From Squatina squatina (taxonomy: Eukaryota), in the NCBI GenBank assembly GCA_031763465.1, contig JARFOE010000013.1, positions 3,597,677 to 3,638,954 on the forward strand: 41,278 nt of DNA, given 5' to 3'. The notes beneath the pieces are model-generated. The model saw only the letters and a list, made by a program, of their open reading frames with translations. It was not told the origin of the DNA and did not search any database. Positions 1 through 10,253 of this stretch are shown here, one piece after another; within the stretch, counting starts at the first letter, position 1, and each line of letters begins with the position of its first letter. The translations under genes and the position numbers were made by a program.

Positions 1-55
1 ATCACAAACAGCAGCGGACCCAGAACCGATCCCTGCGGAACCCCACTGGTAACCG
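1..55 (-). mobile_element. CR1-type LINE ORF2 (reverse transcriptase) fragment
   Basis: Minus strand translates VTSGVPQGSVLGPLLFV, the canonical GVPQGSVLGP motif of the CR1/L2 reverse transcriptase. Confidence 0.85.
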
Positions 56-59
56 GGCT

Positions 60-520
60 CCAGGCGGAATATTTTCCTGCTTGTGTGCTCCTGTGCAATG
101 TGCAACCAGGCTGCATTGGTGTACTGGGGAGGTCTCTTCCACCCATCGGAAGAGGTCCTCCCCACGTGCTGTGATTTCCTCCATAAACATCTGGAGGAAG
201 TCATGGGAGAGCCTGGGTGCAGCTGTGCAACTTTGGGCAGTGCCGGTCAGTGTTTGCAGCTTCTGAATGCTGCAGAGCACTGACAGAAGAACTGTCAAGA
301 AAAGTTGGGCATGGTCCCTTTAATACAATCAACTGATGACACATTATCAGGCTGGCTTCCAGTTAATTGGCCGGGAAGCTCGCACGGCGGGCTTAACAAG
401 GCCAAATCATGGGAAGAGTGGGCTGAACTGGGAGCACATTCTCCGCACGGCACTCCTGAGGCCCGCACCCAACCCGACTCCTGAAGCGAAATTGCAGTCA
501 CTGTGTGGGACATTGGTGGC
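60..520 (-). mobile_element. Decayed Harbinger-type element with Myb/SANT-like ORF remnant
   Basis: Minus-strand AAPRLSHDFLQMFMEEITARGEDLF resembles the N-terminus of Harbinger-associated Myb/SANT-like proteins (RAPRFS..LE.L.EEV..R..VLF). The DNA is similar to the copy at 27414-27846. Confidence 0.65.
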
Positions 521-945
521 AGATGAAGCAAACACGTGAGAGAGTTCCGAATCAATCTAAAAATGTTTAAGAAAATTTCAAATAATATACAAACTACATA
601 GTGAACCAGCATCGACACATAACTCAGCCTGAAATTTGCACATTTGAATCAGTGAAAGTAGGCAAGCAAATCCAAAACATCTGCAAAGCAGGTTGGAATT
701 GCACAGGAGTGGCTCAGGATCATTCCTTTTTCATCTTTCTCTCCCTTCCTGTTGGCAGCACCAGGCATTTTCCTGATGACTTTGCTAAAATAGTGAACTT
801 GCCGAGTCAGTAATCGCACACGCAAACTTGCGTCCTGACACTATATGGCAGAACTGGACTGCATTCATGAAGAGAACCCAGTGCAAAAAACTGTGGGCTA
901 AACTGTTCAAGAACAAAAGATATCATCATCTTCAACTGCTAGTAC

Positions 946-1097
946 CTGTCTGTAACAGAGGTGAGGGATCGCAATGTTGCATTGAAGAATCCAGTCAGCT
1001 CCTTCTGCAGTTTCTGCCTTACAACGGTTTGAACTTCATCCATTTCACCTTGCACAGGTTCAGTTTGCACCAACAAATTCAGTAGTGGATTGGTTTC
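946..1097 (-). CDS. RTTN: Rotatin internal coding exon (mid-protein), ETNPLLNLLVQTEPVQGEMDEVQTVVRQKLQKELTGFFNATLRSLTSVTDR
   Basis: Resembles recalled human RTTN [50 protein letters not shown]. Acceptor cag at 1100-1098, donor gtac from 945; 152 nt. Confidence 0.9.
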
Positions 1098-1611
1098 CTG
1101 CCAGTGATACACCACATTAATACAACAGCAACTAAAGTGAATCAAATGTTCCATTTCTTTAAAGCTCACCACCTCCCCACCCAAAATCATACTCTGCAGC
1201 TGATGCACTGCAACAATTCTACGGGTTGTGGTTATTACTGAACATCTGCACGGTTTGTTTAGACCAGTTGTTCTGCCAAAATATTGTGGGTTTAAGTAAT
1301 GAACCTCAGTGACAGGGTCACAAAACGTGAAAGAGCAGCAAGAGGAGGAAGGTTTAAGTAGTTATGGTTAATTTACAAAATTATCATATAAATAAGCTTG
1401 GGAGTCTGAAAAGATTCATTTCAGTCATGGCGAGCAGACAGGTTTGCATTCATACAGATGAATGTCATGGAGGTACAAAATTAGGCATNNNNNNNNNNNN
1501 NNNNNNNNNNNNNNNNNNNNNNNNNNNNNNNNNNNNNNNNNNNNNNNNNNNNNNNNNNNNNNNNNNNNNNNNNNNNNNNNNNNNNNNNGAAGGTCAGAAA
1601 ATAGTACTTTG

Positions 1612-1900
1612 AACTCCCTTTGCCAGTGGGTAAATGCACAATGTGGTGCAACACTAAATCAGGCAGACCATCAAGGTCCAGGGTTCAAATCACTGGTCTG
1701 CACAGAGTCAGTCAACCCTAGTCAGATGCCACAATTAGCAATAGCCAAAATCAGGCCAGGGCTCCTCATCCTCACAGCTATCCAGAAACTGATGTTGGAA
1801 GGCTGTACGTGTAGCAATGAGAGAGAGCAGGGTGGGGCTCATTAGTTGGGCAGCCTACTGATAACCTGCCCATGTATGCATACAAAGAAGATAAAGTTAA
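1612..1900 (+). mobile_element. Probable old tRNA-derived SINE
   Basis: A-box-like gccagtggg near 1622 and B-box-like ggttcaaatc at 1682-1691. Family not identified; boundaries approximate. Confidence 0.4.
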
Positions 1901-2413
1901 ATAATAATCAGACCCCTGACTGAGTCACTGAGAAAGCCAAGAGCAAACATTTGGAGGGGATTAAAAAGCAACACATTTTAGAGCAGGGTGACTAGGCACC
2001 ACGTATGTTAACTCTACGCTAAAGAACAGGGGAAACTGTGCTGGATGTTAACTTCTATCGTCTTTTCATATTACCTGGAGCAAATCTTGCATGCGTCACT
2101 CCAGAACACTATCAAAGCTGGAGTTAGAAAGGGACAAGACTCATTTTTGCTAAAAAAGCATATTGCCTAGATTTCAGAGGGACTTGGCACACGTTTCTCT
2201 GAAAAGTTGCATCCACTGGTCTAATGATGAAATTTATACGGAAAATGAAGTTTCCATCAAAATTCACATGCTTTGCTTTGTTATAAAACGGTTATCATTC
2301 ATGAGTACTTTAAACGGTTTGTCCCCAATTGTTGCACACGGTGACTATAACTCATAATTCGGTGGAACCCCATTACAATGCAAACATTTTACTGAACATA
2401 TATTTATACTTAC

Positions 2414-2608
2414 TCTGGTGAGGTATCAATTCCTTGATGTCTATTCTGGTCTAAAGTCTGATCAATCCCATGATACCATGCAAGATTCCAGGCTACTTTC
2501 AGCATGTCTGACACAGGTCGCAAGGTCATAGGGTCCGAAGCAGATGGAACCACAGTACAGTAAGGACTCACTGCGTGATGAACTGCCACTTTGACCATCA
2601 AGTTGTAC
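2414..2608 (-). CDS. RTTN: Rotatin internal coding exon, [64 protein letters not shown]
   Basis: Resembles recalled human RTTN [38 protein letters not shown]. Acceptor ttttaatttgtaaag ends at 2609, donor gtaagt from 2413; 195 nt. Confidence 0.92.
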
Positions 2609-2859
2609 CTTTACAAATTAAAAAACAAACCAAAGCAAAACCATGGGGAGCATGCCACAACAAAAACAGCTGATGGAAAATATCTACAGCAATTTAAGCA
2701 CCCCACATGGCTTTTCCAGTCAAATGGGAGAGTAACAGTAAATTATAAGCTGGCTGCATTGTTCGATCTGACATAACAAAGTCCTGATATTTTTCCAGTC
2801 AGCCATCAGACGCAAACACTTAACAAGTCACCGTGCCAGCAGCTCCTGCAGTTACACTG

Positions 2860-3000
2860 CCATAAGAAATATGAGCAGGAGTAGGCCATTCAGCCCCTCA
2901 AGCCTGCTCCGCCATTCAATGAGATCATGGCTGATCTGATATTCGGCTCAACTCCACTTTCCTGCCTTTTCCCCATAACCCTTGCTGATCAAAAATCTTA
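2860..3000 (-). mobile_element. CR1-type LINE or partner-SINE 3' end
   Basis: cataagaaat..gagcaggagtaggccattcagcccctcaagcctgctccgccattcaat is the reverse complement of the typical chondrichthyan CR1 3' terminus. It is the same motif as 19772-19850. Confidence 0.8.
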
Positions 3001-3309
3001 GGAGTCATCGTGTTGGTGGGACTGGAAGGGTTAANNNNNNNNNNNNNNNNNNNNNNNNNNNNNNNNNNNNNNNNNNNNNNNNNNNNNNNNNNNNNNNNNN
3101 NNNNNNNNNNNNNNNNNNNNNNNNNNNNNNNNNNAAGGAGTCCCCCAGTGGAATGGCAAATCAGTATTCCATGCACCACAACAGAGAATTGAGAGAAACT
3201 AGGAATCAGGGAAACCTCAGGAGAAAAATACCAGAGGCTAATCTTCTGTATCTTTGAAGCCAGATTGAATGACATTGGAAGATGCCTGGGAGCATCTTCC
3301 TTGTGGGGA

Positions 3310-3398
3310 ATGGTGATTGGTGCAAAAAAACACAAGTAAGTAAACAACTAAATAAATATATATAATATTTATTTACACCCTTTTGCACCAATCACCAT
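3310..3398. repeat. Nested inverted repeat (18-bp outer and 11-bp inner perfect arms)
   Basis: atggtgattggtgcaaaa (3310-3327) pairs with ttttgcaccaatcaccat (3381-3398). taaataaatat (3349-3359) pairs with atatttattta (3365-3375). Confidence 0.9.
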
Positions 3399-3613
3399 AA
3401 ATAGTTGAAAGTAACAGAGTTGCAAAAACACATTCAAAATGATGTATTGTAGTGAGAGCCTATAAACTAATGCACTCTTTCAAGGACAGCAGTTCCATGA
3501 AAATATTCAACTGTTCTGTGTGAAAACAGAAACAAGATTTTCTCTTTTTTAAAAAAAAGTCAAATTCAACAAATGTTTTCAGACCTAATAAATAAAACAG
3601 CAGCAGTAAATAC

Positions 3614-3804
3614 CTTTGCTTCAACCTCCTTGATAAAAGTACATGTATACTCCATCGAGTGTGCTACCTCTGTGGCTCTCTTGTACATGCTGTAGCTCTC
3701 TGAGCTGACCTGTTCTAAGTAAACAGTGATGGACTCATGAATGCTGAGATAGCTCAAACGGAATGAGACATCCAGAGACAGAAGATACAGAGCATTTCCT
3801 ATGC
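3614..3804 (-). CDS. RTTN: Rotatin coding exon (5' end lost in gap), IGNALYLLSLDVSFRLSYLSIHESITVYLEQVSSESYSMYKRATEVAHSMEYTCTFIKEVEAK
   Basis: Resembles recalled human RTTN [54 protein letters not shown]. Donor AAG|gtattt at 3614/3613; acceptor hidden by Ns. Confidence 0.9.
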
Positions 3805-4109
3805 NNNNNNNNNNNNNNNNNNNNNNNNNNNNNNNNNNNNNNNNNNNNNNNNNNNNNNNNNNNNNNNNNNNNNNNNNNNNNNNNNNNNNNNNNNNNNNNN
3901 NNNNCGACACTGAACAACATTGCTAGGATCCTTTTTCTTGCTTTAATATTCATGTATCCCATTTTATTTAAAAACATGGCTAGTATTTACAAAACAGAAT
4001 AAAGGGCAAGAGTATTCATTCCACTTCCCAATACCTGGCACACTTTAGTCATTCCTCTAATACACTTACAGTAAAACATACAGAAGGTGGTGTTGTACAA
4101 GTAACTCAC

Positions 4110-4297
4110 CTTTACAAGGTGACTACATAGGGTGAGTACTTCTCCCTGCATCGGAACAGTTGGAAAGTTGAACCATTCAAATAGTCGAATGAAAAGGCTC
4201 TTTTCTTGAGCCAGATCAGCAACAGAAATCAAACCATGATCAATTTTGCACAAAATATTGCTCAGTGCTCGAACGCGAATTTCCACCAGCTGGTGAC
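4110..4297 (-). CDS. RTTN: Rotatin second coding exon (RTTN N-terminal domain), [63 protein letters not shown]
   Basis: Strong resemblance to the human RTTN N-terminus [21 protein letters not shown]...LLEWFNFPSVPMKEEVL. Acceptor ttatttcttgtag ends at 4298, donor gtgagt from 4109; 188 nt, phase 1 start. Confidence 0.95.
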
Positions 4298-4354
4298 CTA
4301 CAAGAAATAACGAGTAAAAAGTTGAGGTCCACCTTGAAAATTTAAGTTACTTAT

Positions 4355-4435
4355 AGATTTATATTAATGAATTAGACTTTGGAATCAAAACTACAATTTC
4401 TAAATTTGCGAACGACATCAAATGGGGTGGGGGGG
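4355..4435 (+). mobile_element. CR1 LINE reverse transcriptase fragment
   Basis: Translates IYINELDFGIKTTISKFANDIKWGG, a decayed IYINDLD..ISKFADDTKLGG motif. Confidence 0.75.
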
Positions 4436-5043
4436 TTGATAATGGGGGTTGTGGAGCTGGAGGAGGTTACACTGATGGAAAGATATAAGGGCATGTAGGG
4501 ATATTAACACAAGGGTGGGAATTTAAAATTTGGGTTATTGAAGGACAGGAAGCCACTGTACAATCTATCAGGTTTCATCGAGTGTCACCTGATAACACAG
4601 AAGTCAGAAGAGAAGGCAAAAGAATTTAGGACGGAGGTTTCACATAGAAGCGAGTTTAAAATGTCAGCCTTGATGCTGCATCATTAAGATTAAATGTGAG
4701 GATTTATCTGAAACAGCCTGAGCAGTCAAAATCAATTAGAGTCAGAATGGTTACCATTGATTACTTGATTAACTGCCAATTGTTAAAACTGAAATGCATT
4801 AAAACTGGGAAAGAGCAATTATGTTGTTTAAATTGCTCTATGAAGGTTTTTTTCAAAAAAAAAGAAACATAGCGCTAAAGTGTTGATATTCTGTCTTCAT
4901 TTTCTTTGTGTATTTGGCAATTTTAGACTTAGTCATTACAACTNNNNNNNNNNNNNNNNNNNNNNNNNNNNNNNNNNNNNNNNNNNNNNNNNNNNNNNNN
5001 NNNNNNNNNNNNNNNNNNNNNNNNNNNNNNNNNNNNNNNNNNN

Positions 5044-5148
5044 CATTCACTGCGCTCCAAAAAAAAGCAATTCATTTTGTGAAGCGCTTTGAGACATTTT
5101 AACAATATAAAAAGGCCGACATAAATACAATATTTCCTTTTTCTTTTA
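5044..5148 (+). mobile_element. Decayed Deu-SINE 3' tail
   Basis: gtgaagcgctttgagac...ataaatacaa...tttccttttt resembles the 3' end of the SINE copy at 15957-16292. Confidence 0.5.
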
Positions 5149-5204
5149 CATTAGCACTGGCTAAGTCAGAGAAGCAGAAAATTTCCTCTCTTCCCCTCCC
5201 CAAC

Positions 5205-5320
5205 AATGTTAACGTTTCTTTGTCTTTGCGGATGCTGACTGGCATGCATTAAAATACAGTCTATTCTCAGCAATTTTTGTTTTCATTTCAGATTTCCAGC
5301 ATTTATGCTTTTTCTTTTCA
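5205..5320 (+). mobile_element. Penelope-like terminal repeat remnant
   Basis: gatgctgactgg...cagcaatttttgttttcatttcagatttccagcat is similar to 14548-14685. Confidence 0.55.
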
Positions 5321-6479
5321 TCTCTGCTAACAACCAAGATGCCACATCTTTGAGTTGAGACAGCGCTGAGCTATACTAATGCTGAGTGTTTGAGCAAGGC
5401 ATGTGATAGCCAACACTTTACTATCAAGTACGTTAATCACACCCCATGTTAACCACACTGTGAAGGTGACCACATTTTCAATTAGTAGTTATAATAGACT
5501 GGAAATGAGCCACTCTGGGCCCTGGTCCTCATCCTTTATCTACCGTGGTAACTCCTTTCCAGCTAACACAAAATGCACCACAGACGAGTCGGGATCTTAG
5601 TCATTGAGAACAAAGGTCATTGAGAAAGGCAGCTGGCCCCTAGGAAGACACATATCTCAAGGCCAGAGCAGAAACTAGAGAAAACAGGTGCTTTGCCAAA
5701 GGAACCCATCACATGTTGCCAAGGTTAAGCAGGAAGAGGGAGGATGCAGGCACGACTATCAATTATGATTTTTCGAAGAAGGTCTAGCAAAGTAAATGAA
5801 GTCCCTGAAGGAGTTGTTTGCTGTCATGATGGAGGAACAGGAGACCTTAATGATGCAGAGGCAGGGCACACAGTTGGGCACATGGGGGTGAATTGGCCTC
5901 TCCTCATTTCATGCAGTAACAAGCTGATCGTGATGAAATTGATCTGTTCTAAGCTTTGACTATCCAAATTCCCAAACACAGTAAATGCTGTAGTTCACAC
6001 TGTATCAGACTTGACCTCAAAAAGAGATAAAATGTTATCTGATGTTTTGATTCAACAGAATTTGCCTTCCACTATTCAGGAGGTTAGGTGGGTTGATGTC
6101 CTTTCAGATGTTGGATCCTGTGCTACTCTTCATTTTCCATTGTGATTATCATTGCAGAATATCTTTTACTCACTAGAGGAATTCCAACTGCAACATTCCC
6201 TAGGTCCCTTCTTGAAGCATCAACTAGCCAGAGGAGAATGAAACGAACAATTAAGCAAACTCGGACATCTGTCAATTGTAGATCCGAGAACNNNNNNNNN
6301 NNNNNNNNNNNNNNNNNNNNNNNNNNNNNNNNNNNNNNNNNNNNNNNNNNNNNNNNNNNNNNNNNNNNNNNNNNNNNNNNNNNNNNNNNNNCTCTTTATC
6401 TCTTCCCCCACCGAGTTCCTGACCTTCTCTCTCCCCCACCCTTTGATCTCTCCCCTCTCGATCCAATCTTCTCCGAGGC

Positions 6480-6665
6480 TTTCTCCCACGGAGCTGAACA
6501 ATGCGTGGCCCTCGCTGCACTACAGGGTACTATGCAAGCGTGGCCGGGCCTTGGTGACAGTGCGCATGTGCAGAAGGGGATGGGGTGCGCATGCGCAAAA
6601 TGGGGCAGTTCCGACCATGCGCAGAAGGGCACAGAAATGTTCGTGCGGATAATCACTTTGCCGCT
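6480..6665 (-). promoter_or_regulatory. CpG-rich promoter-like region with clustered NRF1 motifs; probable RTTN promoter
   Basis: Perfect NRF1 palindrome TGCGCATGCGCA at 6586-6597, one-mismatch copy TGCGCATGTGCA at 6561-6572, partial CATGCGCA at 6616-6623, with local CpG enrichment. It lies upstream of RTTN exon 2. RTTN coding exon 1 was not seen and may be in a gap. Confidence 0.65.
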
Positions 6666-6679
6666 ATGAATGACAATGC

Positions 6680-7383
6680 ACACTAATTAGCATATTACAA
6701 ATGATTTTATAGCAACAGTTTTGCCTGTACACTACAGAAATTTTCTATATGGCAACACAGGAAAACGTGAAACTGAACACAACCTAAAAGTGCACAAAGT
6801 ACTTCAACAGAAGGAGGAAAAGAAAGGAAAGAAATTATTGCTAAATTTCAGTCAGTTGGTCTATTGAAATACAAATGAACTACAGTAATAATATGCCAAC
6901 TGATAAAACAAAACATCACAAAAAAACATCCAATTTACCTCACTGGCATGATTAATCAATCGTTACCTGGTGGTGACAGGGATTATGAGTAATTGTTCAA
7001 AGTCCTCAATCATGATTTCCAAATTACAATTCATATGCCTCAATTGAAAACAAATGAATCCATAAAATGTAACTCCGTATTACCTCAGGAATTAATGGTG
7101 ATGCCCCACAACCTTTTTTTGGAAAAAAAAATTTGAAATACGTAAATAAAGCTCATTTGTTCCCTTTAAAACTAGGGATAATACTCTTCAATATTTACTG
7201 TATTTAATGTGGTCTCCCACTGGATTTTAGCCCATTCCTCAGAATACTGGCATGATGGCCCTTTATAAAATTGGTCCATGGGCGAACAAGCACAAACTGG
7301 CACAAGAACCTTATGTGCAAACTAGACGTGTGAAAATAAATCTATGTTGTGCTCTACTATAAAAAGGCATTTGGAGACAATCT
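6680..7383 (-). other. SOCS6: Probable SOCS6 3' UTR (distal part)
   Basis: Unique sequence, U-rich on the minus strand, downstream of the SOCS6 CDS across a sized 915-N gap. Candidate poly(A) signals on the minus strand: ATTAAA (7208-7203) and TATAAA (6711-6706). Confidence 0.5.
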
Positions 7384-8298
7384 NNNNNNNNNNNNNNNNN
7401 NNNNNNNNNNNNNNNNNNNNNNNNNNNNNNNNNNNNNNNNNNNNNNNNNNNNNNNNNNNNNNNNNNNNNNNNNNNNNNNNNNNNNNNNNNNNNNNNNNNN
7501 NNNNNNNNNNNNNNNNNNNNNNNNNNNNNNNNNNNNNNNNNNNNNNNNNNNNNNNNNNNNNNNNNNNNNNNNNNNNNNNNNNNNNNNNNNNNNNNNNNNN
7601 NNNNNNNNNNNNNNNNNNNNNNNNNNNNNNNNNNNNNNNNNNNNNNNNNNNNNNNNNNNNNNNNNNNNNNNNNNNNNNNNNNNNNNNNNNNNNNNNNNNN
7701 NNNNNNNNNNNNNNNNNNNNNNNNNNNNNNNNNNNNNNNNNNNNNNNNNNNNNNNNNNNNNNNNNNNNNNNNNNNNNNNNNNNNNNNNNNNNNNNNNNNN
7801 NNNNNNNNNNNNNNNNNNNNNNNNNNNNNNNNNNNNNNNNNNNNNNNNNNNNNNNNNNNNNNNNNNNNNNNNNNNNNNNNNNNNNNNNNNNNNNNNNNNN
7901 NNNNNNNNNNNNNNNNNNNNNNNNNNNNNNNNNNNNNNNNNNNNNNNNNNNNNNNNNNNNNNNNNNNNNNNNNNNNNNNNNNNNNNNNNNNNNNNNNNNN
8001 NNNNNNNNNNNNNNNNNNNNNNNNNNNNNNNNNNNNNNNNNNNNNNNNNNNNNNNNNNNNNNNNNNNNNNNNNNNNNNNNNNNNNNNNNNNNNNNNNNNN
8101 NNNNNNNNNNNNNNNNNNNNNNNNNNNNNNNNNNNNNNNNNNNNNNNNNNNNNNNNNNNNNNNNNNNNNNNNNNNNNNNNNNNNNNNNNNNNNNNNNNNN
8201 NNNNNNNNNNNNNNNNNNNNNNNNNNNNNNNNNNNNNNNNNNNNNNNNNNNNNNNNNNNNNNNNNNNNNNNNNNNNNNNNNNNNNNNNNNNNNNNNNN

Positions 8299-9862
8299 GT
8301 TTTTGAATCAAGTCTATTCGAGTGTATTGACGAATAACAAAACGGCACAGATACTGTAGTGAACGCACTTGCATGAACCGGGAAACTGGGTTTGTTAGTC
8401 TTACAGGGTAGGTTGCAGAGCCAGGCAGGCGAGACCGAGAATAGCAAAACGCACCATTTTCAGAGTCCTTGATTGAATGCTCAATCAGCTCCACGATGGA
8501 CGTGTGCCCCTCCACGTCAGGCTGTTCATAAAAGCTAAACCTACCATTCGAGTGTTCTATTCTCGTGTGAAGAGTTTTGCTTTGTGAACGAAAACTCAGG
8601 CTTAAAAGATAACGGTCATCAGAACTATCACGCACAAGAAAAGAACCGTCAGGCACATTGGCAAGCTTCTCCTCTGCCTCCCACCGTGTTATGGGACCCC
8701 AGTACCATCCTTGCTTTGCAAGTTTTTTCAGCTCTTCGGTGAGACTTGTGACCACCATTGGACCATTATTTTGTACAGAGTCATAAACTCTTCCTACTCC
8801 AGGAGCGGAATTTGGATCAAAGTTCAAATGATGACGAACTCTTTCAGCTACGTGGGCTGCTGTACCACCAAACCCCGGAAATGTCAACTGCATTTGATTT
8901 GGAACTGGAGGTAGGAGTGGAGATAGTGGAGGGATATCAACATGGTTAGAACTAGAGTTCTGCAAAATGACACCTGTGGTACCAATCAATAGGCCATTTA
9001 CAGGCGGGTCCAAGAAGATATCAGAAGCAACCACTAAATCTGGGACCATTTGGCCATCATCTGCCTGTAGGGCGCTACTACATACATGGGATGGCACTGA
9101 TGCAACTTCCATTGGCAATGGATTGTCAAGACAATAGGTACGGGATCCTTCCATAGGATACATTCCCTCATCTAAAGGCATTGTGTACTGAATGTAGTTG
9201 TGAGGCATTAATCCAATAACCACAGGAGCATGGCAAGATTCATCAATATTCAGGTGAGAGTTGCCATTTTGTGACTCAATTTCTTTGATTGTGTTGTTCT
9301 GTTCCTGAAACACATGGTCTGTCTGCATATCGTGGAACTCCTTACGAACTCCATTTAACGCCTGGGTTGGACTATTATTGTGGACTAATGCCTTGACCTT
9401 CACCTCCATTTTAATGCAGGTCTCTTCCGAGCTGGCTGATCGCAAAGGCCAAGGCGTAGGACTGTAATGGTGGCCACGAAGTGACGTGGACCTTAAGGGT
9501 CTTTGAGCTTTTAAATCATTAATGCTTACTGGGGTTGAAGAGGAGGAAAATCGATCATCCTCCACTGAGTTGACTGAAGGTGAACTCCCTTTAGCCTTTT
9601 GTTTCTGCTTTGCAGAAAGCCTCCTTTTCAGTGTACCCATCAAACCTTCACCCTTTGCCTTATTTTTTGGTCCTTTGTCATCCTCGTCTGCTTTGTTTAG
9701 ATCATTGTCAGCCAAATCTTTCCCGTAACAACTGAAGAGAGAGTCCTCTTTCCCAAAGTCGGTGACAAGTGACGGCTGCTGTACCACCACAAATTCATTT
9801 TCATCTTTGCCTTTGTTCAAGTTGAAGGATTTTTTGATCGTTTTAAGGCTTATTTTCTTCAT
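8299..9862 (-). CDS. SOCS6: Suppressor of cytokine signaling 6; single coding exon, end of SOCS box and stop codon fall in the N gap
   Basis: Starts MKKISLKTIKKSFNLNKGK, as SOCS6 does. Contains LKRRLSAKQK, an SH2 domain (GWYWGPITRWEAEEKLANVPDGSFLVRDSSDDRYLLSLSFRS) and a SOCS box (VRSLQYLCRFVIRQYTRIDLIQK). The ORF is uninterrupted. Confidence 0.98.
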
Positions 9863-9982
9863 CCTGGAAAAGGCGTTCAAGTTCTTTCACACAGCAATGG
9901 CTCCAATGATGCTCTTTGGACCAACCTAGCCAACGTGCTTTACTTGGTCTAAAACACAGCTAAACACCAAGATGTCCATTGC
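9863..9982 (-). other. SOCS6: SOCS6 5' UTR part of the coding exon, with splice acceptor
   Basis: Acceptor ttttgtgtacctttgcag ends at 9983, 120 nt before the ATG. This fits the known two-exon SOCS6 structure. The non-coding exon 1 was not identified. Confidence 0.8.
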
Positions 9983-10253
9983 CTGCAAAGGTACACAAAA
10001 CAGTTTTACATTTCAACATTTAAATACAATTATTTTAGAATACAAAGAACAAGCTGTGTACATTTCAAAGTTTCAAGTCTATTCCCAATATTGAAACGCA
10101 ACAGTGTGCAAAGGTAACCTAAGTCTCTTCTGTTAGATGTAAAACACTTGGAATTTACAAAAAAAAAAGTTCTTAATAATGTGTTAAAAATGGCTTCAAT
10201 TTTCCCCTATACATGAAAAGAAGCCTGGTAACCAAGGGATCTGAGCGGTGGCA

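Noticed and set aside
946-4297. RTTN as a pseudogene or processed copy
   Set aside because: All visible exons have open frames and canonical splice sites; the missing exons coincide with assembly gaps.
7311-8359. Long ORFs of 320-378 aa, and the 852-aa length given for the SOCS6 ORF
   Set aside because: Artefacts of translating through the N gap. SOCS6 starts at ATG 9862 (not the non-ATG start at 9880) and should end shortly inside the gap.
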